DNA from: a virus
Taxonomy: Duplodnaviria > Caudoviricetes
Direction: 5' to 3' (one strand)
IMG/VR virus record: IMGVR_UViG_3300046777_001769
Coordinates: 1 to 52,973 of that record
DNA length: 52,973 bases
The notes under the pieces: generated by a model
The model's database searches: none
What the model saw: only the letters and a program-made list of their open reading frames with translations
What the model was told of the DNA's origin: nothing
Shown: piece after piece, positions 10,438 through 19,202 of the stretch
Layout of the letters: the number at the start of each line of letters is the position of its first letter
Position numbering within the stretch: position 1 is the first letter of the stretch
Made by a program: the position numbers and the translations under genes

Positions 10438-11204
10438 TAGATAATACGTGTCTTTTCATGTCCAACACGAATACGAGGATCGCACCAAATCTCAAAACCT
10501 TTTTCAATGGCATCAAGACAGAATGAAACATCCTCACCACACATATCTTGAACTGCACCAGATTCAAAGACTTGCATCTTAGGAGCAAACCAGGGGTACT
10601 CAAGATTTTCAAATACTCCTTTCTTAATCAACACCCACCCAAAACCTGTGTAATCTACAGTAAATGGCTTACGACGCTTACTGATCGATTCCACAGTTTC
10701 ATGGTTCATCACTCCACCATTCTTACGGAAATCATCTTCCTCTAACCAGTGTGCGACAGAAGTTGTGTGACCATCCTCAGTTGCGTACCAACCAGCGACA
10801 ATTTCACGCTCCTCTCCTTCCTGATTGAGTGCTACATCACAGAGTTGCCAGAACTTTTGAGAATCAAAAACAATATCACTATCAATCCATAGTTGATAAT
10901 CATACTCCAGTTTTCCATCCCAAGGTACTTGCTTAGGACCCCGAAGAACATTTGCTCCAAGAACCTTACAACGTGCAAAGTTCACCATTGATGAGTAATC
11001 TTGTGAAATTTGAATACTCATTCCATTTTGAACTAGATCAAAGCAAAGTTGTACAAATGCTTTTAGAAAAATAAAAGAACATCCTCGACCAGGTAAACAG
11101 AAAACAATACTCTTACCTTTCATCCTTTTTTTAATATCTTCATAGTTCCACTCCTCAGTGGTACTCTTTGGTGCTACAGTTTTAACAGTAAATCCTTTTG
11201 CCAT
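10437..11204 (-). CDS. GT-A fold glycosyltransferase-like protein
   Basis: YDYQLWIDSDIVF (DxD), TGFGWVLIKKGVFE.LEYPWF, GEDVSFC, VGHEK. Confidence 0.75.
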   Translation of the reverse strand: MAKGFTVKTVAPKSTTEEWNYEDIKKRMKGKSIVFCLPGRGCSFIFLKAFVQLCFDLVQNGMSIQISQDYSSMVNFARCKVLGANVLRGPKQVPWDGKLEYDYQLWIDSDIVFDSQKFWQLCDVALNQEGEEREIVAGWYATEDGHTTSVAHWLEEDDFRKNGGVMNHETVESISKRRKPFTVDYTGFGWVLIKKGVFENLEYPWFAPKMQVFESGAVQDMCGEDVSFCLDAIEKGFEIWCDPRIRVGHEKTRII

Positions 11205-11228
11205 AAGTTGAATAAACCTTCAAAATCA

Positions 11229-11257
11229 ATTTTATCCGTCTATTTAGTATTTGTCAA
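11229..11257 (-). promoter_or_regulatory. Sigma70-type promoter with a nested late-promoter core
   Basis: TTGACA-N17-TAAAAT with CTAAATA inside the spacer. Confidence 0.65.
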
Positions 11258-11454
11258 TGAGAAGAATCTAATACAATCTTTTTGTTCATTGTAAGTTCCT
11301 CATACGTTAAATCAACACTCTCATAACGAGTGTCTAATACATCGACAAGCATCTTCAATGTATTCCAAGTACTATTAAACTCCTCCTCTTTTAATGAATG
11401 AAATAAACACTTATCCTTTGCATATATGTGATATATTTTTTCATTTGCAGTCAT
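11254..11454 (-). CDS. Hypothetical protein
   Basis: 66-aa ORF in operon orientation. Confidence 0.65.
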   Translation of the reverse strand: MTANEKIYHIYAKDKCLFHSLKEEEFNSTWNTLKMLVDVLDTRYESVDLTYEELTMNKKIVLDSSH

Positions 11455-11485
11455 AAAAATATCTCCGGAATTTTTCTTTCAGTTT

Positions 11486-11677
11486 TTATTTCGTAACTGC
11501 ATTATATATCACAACAACACAAAAACCTAGTGCGACAAAAAAGGGGCGTGGATAACGTATCATCCATCCCGCTAAAACAACTTTCCAAAATCCCCAGTAT
11601 GGTCTATGTCTCACTTCTTTTTTCTTTTTGATGATGCTCTCTTTTGCGCTGGAGTTCTGAAAATACCCGTTGCACAA
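11486..11677 (-). CDS. Small membrane protein (start uncertain)
   Basis: Hydrophobic C-terminus PYWGFWKVVLAGWMIRYPRPFFVALGFCVVVIY. Confidence 0.45.
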   Translation of the reverse strand: MCNGYFQNSSAKESIIKKKKEVRHRPYWGFWKVVLAGWMIRYPRPFFVALGFCVVVIYNAVTK

Positions 11678-11902
11678 CTCTTATTTCTTTTATGTTTTCC
11701 TCCGAAAATCCCCCATCCATGACATGTTGCTTTCTTCTTTGGAGCCATTGTTTTACTTCCGGAAAATTTTTAAAAGTGTGATATTTATCGGTCGATTTGT
11801 CACCTCTGTAGGTTAGGGTAGTTTGCGATTTTTATAACCGCGTCGCCGCGCCGCGCTATAACAAACCGACCGCAAAACACTGCCGAACCACTATCACCAC
11901 CA

Positions 11903-11942
11903 AGCATAACATAAGTGCCCCCCAGTGTCAACCAGAGGGCAC
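11903..11942 (-). promoter_or_regulatory. Sigma70-type promoter with the -35 box in a stem-loop
   Basis: GTGCCCTCTGG-TTGACA-CTGGGGGGCAC hairpin; TTGACA-N17-TATGCT with TG extension. Confidence 0.7.
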
Positions 11943-11952
11943 ACAGTTAGTA

Positions 11953-12093
11953 TCAGAACTCGATCACATCTGCAGTGGGTTCGTTATCATAACCCTCAGA
12001 AACATTATCAGCGGTGAGTGTATCCAGGATGGACAGAATTTCGCTGCCGTTATCACATTCAGCAAGCATCGAAAGCATCACGGACTTAGACAT
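11953..12093 (-). CDS. Small acidic protein (46 aa), paralog A
   Basis: Hand translation MSKSVMLSMLAECDNGSEILSILDTLTADNVSEGYDNEPTADVIEF. Confidence 0.75.
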   Translation of the reverse strand: MSKSVMLSMLAECDNGSEILSILDTLTADNVSEGYDNEPTADVIEF

Positions 12094-12138
12094 GTTGTGT
12101 TCTTGTGTGTTAGTTAAGAGTGAATGAGTGAGTGTTGA

Positions 12139-12273
12139 TCAGTTGGCAAAGACTTCAGCACAACTATCAATACCCTCCTGCTCAATGTCAGAGACGATAA
12201 CATCGAGGATGGAAAGAATTTCATCACCAGTGTTACCTTGTGCCAGCATCGAAAGGATAACTTGCTTGGACAT
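12139..12273 (-). CDS. Small acidic protein (44 aa), paralog B
   Basis: Hand translation MSKQVILSMLAQGNTGDEILSILDVIVSDIEQEGIDSCAEVFAN. Confidence 0.75.
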   Translation of the reverse strand: MSKQVILSMLAQGNTGDEILSILDVIVSDIEQEGIDSCAEVFAN

Positions 12274-12352
12274 AATGAAGAAGAAAAGTGTAAGAAACTG
12301 TGTGTTGTGTGAGTGTCTTTATAGGGGCGCATCTCATTCCCCTTTGTTGATA

Positions 12353-12514
12353 TCAGACTGCTACATCTTCAGGCAGCAGATTTACAATGGCATCCACACC
12401 AGCGATATGCAGAGACTGTACAAATACCATCGCTTGATTGATAGTGGGGAACTCTACAGTACGCTCTACTTTGTCCCGAACGTTGGTGTAGGTGACGGTG
12501 CGAACTTGTGTCAT
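12353..12514 (-). CDS. Hypothetical protein (53 aa)
   Basis: Hand translation MTQVRTVTYTNVRDKVERTVEFPTINQAMVFVQSLHIAGVDAIVNLLPEDVAV; AC-rich leader. Confidence 0.7.
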   Translation of the reverse strand: MTQVRTVTYTNVRDKVERTVEFPTINQAMVFVQSLHIAGVDAIVNLLPEDVAV

Positions 12515-12538
12515 TTGTGTGTTAGTTAAGAGACGAAA

Positions 12539-12742
12539 TCAGGCAGCGGGCATAACACAAGCGAGCATCAGATTGAGGTTCGTTTCGTTATGCTCTGCCT
12601 CGATTTCTGTGATGTACTCAATGTTATCAATCACCTGAACATTGTGCAGACGCTCATACCAGGCATCAAACAAATCCCAACTCTTAGCGGCAAGAAGTTG
12701 GAAGGCATTTTCGATAGCGGTGTTCAGTTCGATTTGAGACAT
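12539..12742 (-). CDS. Hypothetical protein
   Basis: 67-aa ORF downstream of repeat copy at 12789. Confidence 0.7.
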   Translation of the reverse strand: MSQIELNTAIENAFQLLAAKSWDLFDAWYERLHNVQVIDNIEYITEIEAEHNETNLNLMLACVMPAA

Positions 12743-12996
12743 TTAGTGGTTTCTCTTGAGTGTTAGCGGGGCGGTGAAGTGTGCCCCTCATACTATTAGG
12801 ACACTTTCAAGGTGAGCTATTTTATCTGATGCGATCCTGAATGTCACTGAGGACCTGTAAGATCACCTCACGACTATCCTCACCGTTCTCCTCTAACTGT
12901 TGCATAACGTCTTGCAGTTGTGGTAGGATAGCGGTGGTTAATTGGGCAACACGTATAATCCTCATATCGCCCAAATGCTTATATTTTAGTGTTCTC

Positions 12997-13045
12997 ATTT
13001 TGTTAACATAAAGACCCGATTATTTATGCTTTATGTTAACAAAAT
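12997..13045. repeat. Perfect 17-bp inverted repeat enclosing a late-promoter core
   Basis: ATTTTGTTAACATAAAG (12997-13013) / CTTTATGTTAACAAAAT (13029-13045); the 15-nt loop contains CATAAATA on the minus strand. Confidence 0.85.
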
Positions 13046-13079
13046 AAAAACGCCTTATATGGTATAAATTGCTACCAAA

Positions 13080-13253
13080 TTACCATCTATCAGGTGTACT
13101 TAGGTCTTCAACGTAAGCATCACACTTCTCTGCAGGTTCCAGCTTAAACAACTTCTCCCAATCAATCTGATGCGGGTCGAAGTCACCGAACACTGATAGA
13201 TCTAGAGTAATCCTATAACGCTGCTTCTGTGCTTGACTGTATGCTACGGACAT
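13080..13253 (-). CDS. Hypothetical protein (57 aa)
   Basis: Hand translation MSVAYSQAQKQRYRITLDLSVFGDFDPHQIDWEKLFKLEPAEKCDAYVEDLSTPDRW; GGAG SD and promoter upstream. Confidence 0.8.
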   Translation of the reverse strand: MSVAYSQAQKQRYRITLDLSVFGDFDPHQIDWEKLFKLEPAEKCDAYVEDLSTPDRW

Positions 13254-13279
13254 AAGTGCGCTCCTGTGTGTATAGGGGT

Positions 13280-13308
13280 ACTATAAGACTTGTGTGCCTA
13301 GATGTCAA
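13280..13308 (-). promoter_or_regulatory. Sigma70-type promoter
   Basis: TTGACA-N17-TATAGT. Confidence 0.8.
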
Positions 13309-13380
13309 GGTCCTGGGGAGTATTTATGAGGGGTTGGTGGATTTATGCGGGGGGATTGTGGGGATTTTGTGACCGTGGGA

Positions 13381-13410
13381 TTGACAAAAGTGCGGTCCTT
13401 ATGTTATGCT
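13381..13410 (+). promoter_or_regulatory. Rightward sigma70-type promoter facing non-coding AT-rich DNA
   Basis: TTGACA-N18-TATGCT with TG extension; shares CTTATGTTATGCT with the leftward promoter at 11903. Confidence 0.6.
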
Positions 13411-13596
13411 CGCTAAGATCACAAGACCTCAGCACATTAAAAGGGTATAAAAAGGTCTCTAATTGATACGAATTCATATCATTATCACCTTTCAATAACA
13501 ATAATTATCAAGCATTTCATTCGAACGTTTATATTTAAATTGATATTTTTAATTGATTTTATTGTTTTTTTAACGATAAATCTACCAAAAGACATA

Positions 13597-13621
13597 AAAA
13601 AAGACCCCGTAAGTGGGGTCT
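13597..13621 (-). terminator. Intrinsic terminator closing the leftward early transcripts
   Basis: AGACCCC-N6-GGGGTCT hairpin followed by a T run on the minus strand. Confidence 0.8.
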
Positions 13622-13653
13622 GCCGAAGGCGAAGCGCAAGCGCCTATGTGTTA

Positions 13654-13890
13654 TCAATCAAGAGCTAATCTGTACCTTGCATAATCCTCTGCCTCAGATC
13701 TTTTCTTGAAACGTGCTTCTTCACCTTCAAATCTGAGTGGCAGATACCTATACTTCTTGCCTTCCTTAGTGATAACAGTTCTGGAGAATAGGTGTAATGA
13801 GTAACTACCTTCCTCAGTATATTCATCTTCTTTCTTGACTATGAAAGGGAGAACTTTGTTGTCGTTGAATGACTGTTTAGAGAGTAACAT
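13654..13890 (-). CDS. Hypothetical protein
   Basis: 78-aa ORF ending just before the terminator. Confidence 0.7.
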   Translation of the reverse strand: MLLSKQSFNDNKVLPFIVKKEDEYTEEGSYSLHLFSRTVITKEGKKYRYLPLRFEGEEARFKKRSEAEDYARYRLALD

Positions 13891-14354
13891 GATGAAATTA
13901 GTTGTTGATCAATTCAGCAGGACTTCCACATGATTTGTAGAACTCAACCATACGTTTTGCTTCCTCTAGTGTAGAGAAACTTTGCGTTCTCCATTGTTGT
14001 TGATAAGGCGTAAAGTAGCGGATTGTGAACATTTTAGTTTTGATTGTTGGAGTAAATAATGGTAAGCATCTTTTGGTAGTAGTTGTCTGCTTCTACCTCA
14101 CATTGATGAGACTGTGTTGCATCTTCGATCTCATATTGTTTCATACTCAGAGAGTGAATCACGTTGTCCAGAAGATCAGTTAGTGCTTCTACTTTTTGTG
14201 CGTCAGTCATTCTCGATTTCAGTCAAAAGTTCAGTAAATGCGTCGATTGCTGCTTGGTTGCAGTTATCATCTTTCAAACCTTGAATGTAATACTCAAGTG
14301 CTTCAATGAGCATCATTTGCTTCATTTCAGATTTGGAAATAAAATCAGTCATCA

Positions 14355-14672
14355 TCACTTAAGCACCATACCTTCAGTGAACGGAATTGTGTTGCCATTA
14401 TCAATCACAAACCATTCAAAGTCACGTTGAAAGATACGGGCATCATTTCCGTGAACTTTCAGAATAGAATTGAGACGTGATTTGGTGGTAGGAGTTTTAT
14501 ACCCACAGGTGTAAAGTTCAAGGAAGGTATCACCAATCGTTGCGATATGATTGCCATGAAGCATAACATATGAAGCATCACGTTCGGGCGAATAGGTAAC
14601 CTCCGTGTTCTTAGATTTCCAGTCTTGGCAATCACAAATTGCCTTGTTCATTTGGAGTTCGATCTTTCTCAT
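14355..14672 (-). CDS. Phage hypothetical protein
   Basis: 105 aa, LHGNHIA...GY.T.TTKSRLN motif; starts 18 nt after a repeat copy. Confidence 0.85.
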   Translation of the reverse strand: MRKIELQMNKAICDCQDWKSKNTEVTYSPERDASYVMLHGNHIATIGDTFLELYTCGYKTPTTKSRLNSILKVHGNDARIFQRDFEWFVIDNGNTIPFTEGMVLK

Positions 14673-14727
14673 GGTTGGAAGTGTTGTGGTTATACTACTA
14701 GGACACTTTGGAGGTGAGCTATTTTAA

Positions 14728-14937
14728 TCAGGCAGTGATTGCAGTCTCTAGATTAACCTCACGAGTGTCCAGGATAGCATAATCAAAACCCTCATTCTCT
14801 TCTAGATGCTTTTGATAAGCAACAGCAGTAGAGAAGCAATCAAACAGGCGAAGGGAATCGAAGTTCTGACCTTCATAATCCCAACCACCAATCACAGCAT
14901 AGACTTTAGACATTTGGGACATTTGGGAAGCGTTCAT
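14728..14937 (-). CDS. Hypothetical protein (single-gene unit between repeats)
   Basis: ORF exactly fills the interval between copies at 14691 and 14935. Confidence 0.8.
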   Translation of the reverse strand: MNASQMSQMSKVYAVIGGWDYEGQNFDSLRLFDCFSTAVAYQKHLEENEGFDYAILDTREVNLETAITA

Positions 14938-15249
14938 ACTACTAGGACACTTTGGAGGTGAGCTATTTTAATCACACTGAATCATTGGTCCTTGAACATC
15001 ACAAAACTCTAAAAGAAAGTAGTCTACTGTGATGCCAAGTTCATTTGCAAACTGTAGATTTTCCTGGTATTGTTCTTGTGTAAGAACATAGAAATCAGTC
15101 TCAATCATTGGGTGAAATAATGTCAGCTACTGTGTGCAATGTGTTGGCAGTGATGTTACGAACTCCAGGTGATAGGATCATCGCAACAATGAAAATGAGT
15201 GTAATTGTTCTCACTTTGTCAGGTGACTTGAATGTTAGTCTCTTTGCCA

Positions 15250-15462
15250 TCAGTTAATGACATCATACTGCAGAGATTTGATACACCAACCAGTGTTGTT
15301 AGTGATCACATCGGCAAGACATTCTTCGCCATCAGGTGAATCCCACAGACAAGATTTGGTCTCTTGAATGATCTCATCTTTCTCCTCTTGAGTGAGATCT
15401 TCATAGTCGAAATCAAACTCAATTTCAGTTACTTTGTAATAGTTCATTGTGGTTGTGCTCAT
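15250..15462 (-). CDS. Small acidic protein, paralog of 16633-16833
   Basis: VTEIEFDF...IT..TGWCIKS motif shared. Confidence 0.8.
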   Translation of the reverse strand: MSTTTMNYYKVTEIEFDFDYEDLTQEEKDEIIQETKSCLWDSPDGEECLADVITNNTGWCIKSLQYDVIN

Positions 15463-15492
15463 ACTACTAGGACACTTTGGAGGTGAGCTATT

Positions 15493-15681
15493 TTAACTCA
15501 ACTCGATGTTCCAGTCAACATCTGCAGTAAGATTGACCCAAAAGTGATTCTTACAGTTTGCAGAGGTGAGAAACACTTTGTCTCCGCAATGTTGCTCTAC
15601 AATACATTCCTGATTGCGGTTCATTAAGTTACAGAAACGATTGTGTGCTTTCTTACTTTTGGGTGTTACAAATGCAGTCAT
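15493..15681 (-). CDS. Hypothetical protein, related to 42787-42990
   Basis: V.PKSKKA.NRF.N.M....VEQ.....F..S.N....FW shared; its stop lies inside the repeat. Confidence 0.75.
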   Translation of the reverse strand: MTAFVTPKSKKAHNRFCNLMNRNQECIVEQHCGDKVFLTSANCKNHFWVNLTADVDWNIELS

Positions 15682-15771
15682 TCTTTGTTATTGAGGTATT
15701 GAATCAAAAGGACATTTGCTGCTCCGAAAGTATAAGCAACAAGGACAAGAATACCCGTTAGCATAATTTTA

Positions 15772-15954
15772 TCAGTTACCGAAGAAAGCATCAAACTCGT
15801 CTGCAATCTGATCAATTAGTTCATCAGTTGCATCAAGGTCAAAAAGGCAGCAAACAAAATCTACACAATCATTCAGATCTGTGTGATTGTTGCACATAAA
15901 CTCCAGAAGTGCAGGAGTGATGTCGGTTTGGAAGTCGAAAGAGGTGTTGGTCAT
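15772..15954 (-). CDS. Hypothetical acidic protein
   Basis: 60 aa; first ATG supplied by the repeat. Confidence 0.7.
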   Translation of the reverse strand: MTNTSFDFQTDITPALLEFMCNNHTDLNDCVDFVCCLFDLDATDELIDQIADEFDAFFGN

Positions 15955-16001
15955 ACTACTAGGACACTTTGGAGGTGAGCTATTTTAATTCAAAGTCAGT
16001 T

Positions 16002-16364
16002 TCAGTTACGCATCAGTGAAAGTGCTTCATCCTCGCTGATGCTACCCTCAGGCAGTTCTACAATCCGAGCACAGTCAATCGCATCAGCAAAGTTATCAAA
16101 CTGTGCAAAGGTTTTCTGATTACCACACCAGCAACCTTTGTACTCATAGAACATTGCTTCTACAGAGAATACATCTCCCTTTGTTTTAGAATCTACACTG
16201 TGCTTGATATACACTTTACCGTCATATCGTGTGTACTTATCAAACATATTGCTCTTGAAAGTACGGGCGAAATCAGCGATAGACTCAGCAGTGAGATTGA
16301 TATTCTGAGCGAACAGATTTGCGTAGTGAACAGACATTTTAGTGGTTTCAGTGGAAGTGCTCAT
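16002..16364 (-). CDS. Hypothetical protein
   Basis: 120 aa; single gene between two repeats. Confidence 0.8.
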   Translation of the reverse strand: MSTSTETTKMSVHYANLFAQNINLTAESIADFARTFKSNMFDKYTRYDGKVYIKHSVDSKTKGDVFSVEAMFYEYKGCWCGNQKTFAQFDNFADAIDCARIVELPEGSISEDEALSLMRN

Positions 16365-16632
16365 ACTACTAGGACACTTTGGAGGTGAGTAACTTTAATT
16401 GGGTGTTTATTGTGTTACACTTTTTTGAGCGAAGTTAGGAAGGGAAATCATTAGTTTTACTGAACTTTGAGTTGGTGAACTTGAACGTCGCAATACTGAG
16501 AATCTTTGTAATCCTCATTGTATTCTTGTTTCATTTCCTCTGCGCGACGATTTGCGTCTTCTTCGTTAGCATACAAACCATAAAGTTCATCGGGTTCGTA
16601 TTCATCAAGACGGGCATAAACACCGTAAACAA

Positions 16633-16833
16633 TCATTTCAGAACGTGACGATAATCAATGGATTTGATACACCAACCTGTTGCACATGTGATCTCTTCAA
16701 CTAGATCATCTTCATCATCTGCTTCCCAAATCATACCGATAGTTTCATCGGTAATGTTACTAAACTCATGCTCGGGAAAGTCATCATCTTCATCAAAATC
16801 AAACTCGATTGCAGTAACTTGGAAAAGCATCAT
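16633..16833 (-). CDS. Small acidic protein, paralog of 15250-15462
   Basis: VTAIEFDF...ITCATGWCIKSIDY. Confidence 0.8.
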   Translation of the reverse strand: MMLFQVTAIEFDFDEDDDFPEHEFSNITDETIGMIWEADDEDDLVEEITCATGWCIKSIDYRHVLK

Positions 16834-16963
16834 TTGCAGTAGTTAAGGTTTACTTGGCAGAACTGATCTGCCTGTTGTTCTTGATACTCATTGGTCGTTG
16901 CGTGTGCAATCAAACCAAAGCGAAGACCGAGTGCTAGAGTAGCAATCAAAAAAGCAATTCGCA

Positions 16964-17230
16964 TCAAACTGCACCTGCCATAAAGTTGTATTCTTGCACC
17001 AGGTTAATGTTATCACCAGTGATCACATAATCCATTGCAAGACGCTCATCAATCTCGCGTTGTGCATCTTTTTTGGTCAGACACTTTTGAGAGATGGTAT
17101 CAATACCCTTCCAAGAAAGAACCTTGAGAGTATAGTTGGAACAATCCTCAATGGGATAGAAACCAACAATCATTGTACCATCTTTAGACTGGAGAGTAGG
17201 AAACTCGATCATGGTTTGTGAAGTGCTCAT
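16964..17230 (-). CDS. Hypothetical protein
   Basis: 88 aa; begins in a repeat copy. Confidence 0.75.
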   Translation of the reverse strand: MSTSQTMIEFPTLQSKDGTMIVGFYPIEDCSNYTLKVLSWKGIDTISQKCLTKKDAQREIDERLAMDYVITGDNINLVQEYNFMAGAV

Positions 17231-17264
17231 ACTACTAGGACACTTTGGAGGTGAGCTATTTTAA

Positions 17265-17408
17265 TCACTTGAAACTTACGTTGACACCAACAACTTTTGC
17301 CTTAGGATTTCGTGCCAATGCAGTTTCACGGGCATCTTGTGGGTTGGTTGCTTGTACTTCTTCCTTGAAGACTTTACCACCAACGTATAGATCAACAATG
17401 TACTTCAT
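17265..17408 (-). CDS. Hypothetical protein (47 aa)
   Basis: Hand translation MKYIVDLYVGGKVFKEEVQATNPQDARETALARNPKAKVVGVNVSFK; TGA abuts the repeat. Confidence 0.75.
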   Translation of the reverse strand: MKYIVDLYVGGKVFKEEVQATNPQDARETALARNPKAKVVGVNVSFK

Positions 17409-17599
17409 AGTGTTTGAAACGGTTGTGCTTCTTTGATGTTAGAATTGAAAAACTTTTGAAAGATAGAATCAATCACAGGATACCATTCCTCGTTTGCACT
17501 TGGGTATCCACATTCTCGTGCTTGATTGAGAAACTTAAGGATGCAAGTTTCCTCATTAGCAGTGAACTCAACTCGATTGAAAGTGTAACCGTCAGTCAT
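17405..17599 (-). CDS. Hypothetical protein
   Basis: 64 aa; ATGA overlap with the next gene. Confidence 0.7.
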   Translation of the reverse strand: MTDGYTFNRVEFTANEETCILKFLNQARECGYPSANEEWYPVIDSIFQKFFNSNIKEAQPFQTL

Positions 17600-17938
17600 A
17601 CATTTTCATCTCCCATATCAAAACAACACTGCTCATAACCTTCATCATACATTGCTTGGGCAAACTCAAGAATAAGAGAAGGAGTTACTTTCCAGTTTCT
17701 AATATCATCTTCATCACGAAGACAGAATTTGAACTTTTCGGCAAGTTGTAGGATTTGTTCTTCAGTCATAATCAAACAGGGGTAACTTCAACAGAACGGA
17801 TAAGATTTGTGCGATCTTGTGCTAGATAATCATCAGCGATTTTACCACAAGATGAACGAGATTGGATGATCTTTTCTTCATACAGGTTCTCATCTTCATC
17901 AGGAACCCAATACTCAATCAGAAGGCGATAGTTTTTCA

Positions 17939-18187
17939 TCAGTAGTGTGCCTCAGAGGTGTCAAGAACTTCGCTGTACTTAGCGATACCATCATAGCAAC
18001 GCTTTGCCATTTCAGAATCACCTTCAGCAACGTAACCTTTCAGAAACTCAAAGCAGTATTTGATACGCTGCTCAGGAGTAACTTTAGCGAGTTGTTGTTG
18101 CTTACGCTCATAAGCGGCGTTGTAGGCAAACATTTCACGATCTTCGAGGGAGATGTTGTGAAACTTGCGGTCGGTAGTGTTGGTCAT
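17939..18187 (-). CDS. Hypothetical protein
   Basis: 82 aa; first ATG supplied by the repeat. Confidence 0.75.
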   Translation of the reverse strand: MTNTTDRKFHNISLEDREMFAYNAAYERKQQQLAKVTPEQRIKYCFEFLKGYVAEGDSEMAKRCYDGIAKYSEVLDTSEAHY

Positions 18188-18228
18188 ACTACTAGGACAC
18201 TTTGGAGGTGAGCTATTTTAATTGCCCG

Positions 18229-18483
18229 TTACCACGTTCCTCTTTGGACGTGAATGTTGCGGATTTCGTTGTAAATAAACTGTTTTAGTTTGTTGTCGTC
18301 AGTATTATCAAAAGCATAATAAAGACGATTGAGGTACTCATCTTGTGTGGCACCTATGTTACCATCACCACCAATCTCATTGAGTGAAGAACCTGCGACA
18401 ACTTTTGATTTGCCAAAGTTACCAGACACACGCCCAGTTGTTCTCAGTTTGGGTTTGATCTTGGAGAGATTTGAGCTAGTCAT
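18229..18483 (-). CDS. Hypothetical protein
   Basis: 84 aa; ATGA overlap with the upstream gene. Confidence 0.75.
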   Translation of the reverse strand: MTSSNLSKIKPKLRTTGRVSGNFGKSKVVAGSSLNEIGGDGNIGATQDEYLNRLYYAFDNTDDNKLKQFIYNEIRNIHVQRGTW

Positions 18484-18740
18484 CGTGCTACAATGTCAAG
18501 AGTTTCCAACAGCATCATCGAAAGTTCCATCTGGTTCTCATCATCAACCACGGGAATGTTTGTCTCTACAAACTCACTAATCAGTTGAGCAAAAAGTTCA
18601 GTTGTGCGCTCATCTGTGAATAGAGCAGTGGCAAGTTCATTCTTGAACCCATCACGCAGAAGTTTGAGCGACTTTGTGACAGTCATTTCTTTGATTTGTT
18701 CATCGTAAGTCATTTCAGTGTCGTACATTGTGTTACTCAT
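18480..18740 (-). CDS. Hypothetical protein
   Basis: ORF-track 18480-18773; likely start MSNTMYD at 18740 (ATGA overlap). Confidence 0.7.
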   Translation of the reverse strand: MSNTMYDTEMTYDEQIKEMTVTKSLKLLRDGFKNELATALFTDERTTELFAQLISEFVETNIPVVDDENQMELSMMLLETLDIVAR

Positions 18741-19168
18741 TTTGCGTACATATATCCGGATGCCCAATCGCAATTCTCCAAAACATATTCACGATCTTTA
18801 ATCAATCGCAAATCGTAGCGAACTCCTTTGGCAGGAGATTTCCAACTGGAACTCTTATACATCTCACCAGTATTCTTGTCGATGAAGCAGTGTACTGACC
18901 TGCTACCACCACCATCAATCATCACAACTTTGTGATACTTTTTACCAGTCTCAATGGTATAATCAATGTCCGTTTTACCAGACTTGAGTTCATCAATCTT
19001 GAGAAGATGATGCTCTACACTTTCACCAAGTTCAACAGAACGCTGATGACCACGAATAGCATACTGACGATAGTTGTCTTTCAGTGCTTCAATCAGCATG
19101 TGAGTGTACTTGAGTACATTCTCTGCAATAGTTTGTTTTGCTTGTGCTTGCATTGTAGTTGTGCTCAT
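18737..19168 (-). CDS. Phage hypothetical protein
   Basis: GKKYHKV...SVHCFIDK.TG..YK..SWK.PAKGVRY motif familiar from T4-like phages. Confidence 0.85.
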   Translation of the reverse strand: MSTTTMQAQAKQTIAENVLKYTHMLIEALKDNYRQYAIRGHQRSVELGESVEHHLLKIDELKSGKTDIDYTIETGKKYHKVVMIDGGGSRSVHCFIDKNTGEMYKSSSWKSPAKGVRYDLRLIKDREYVLENCDWASGYMYAK

Positions 19169-19202
19169 ACTACTAGGACACTTTGGAGGTGAGCTATTTT
19201 AA

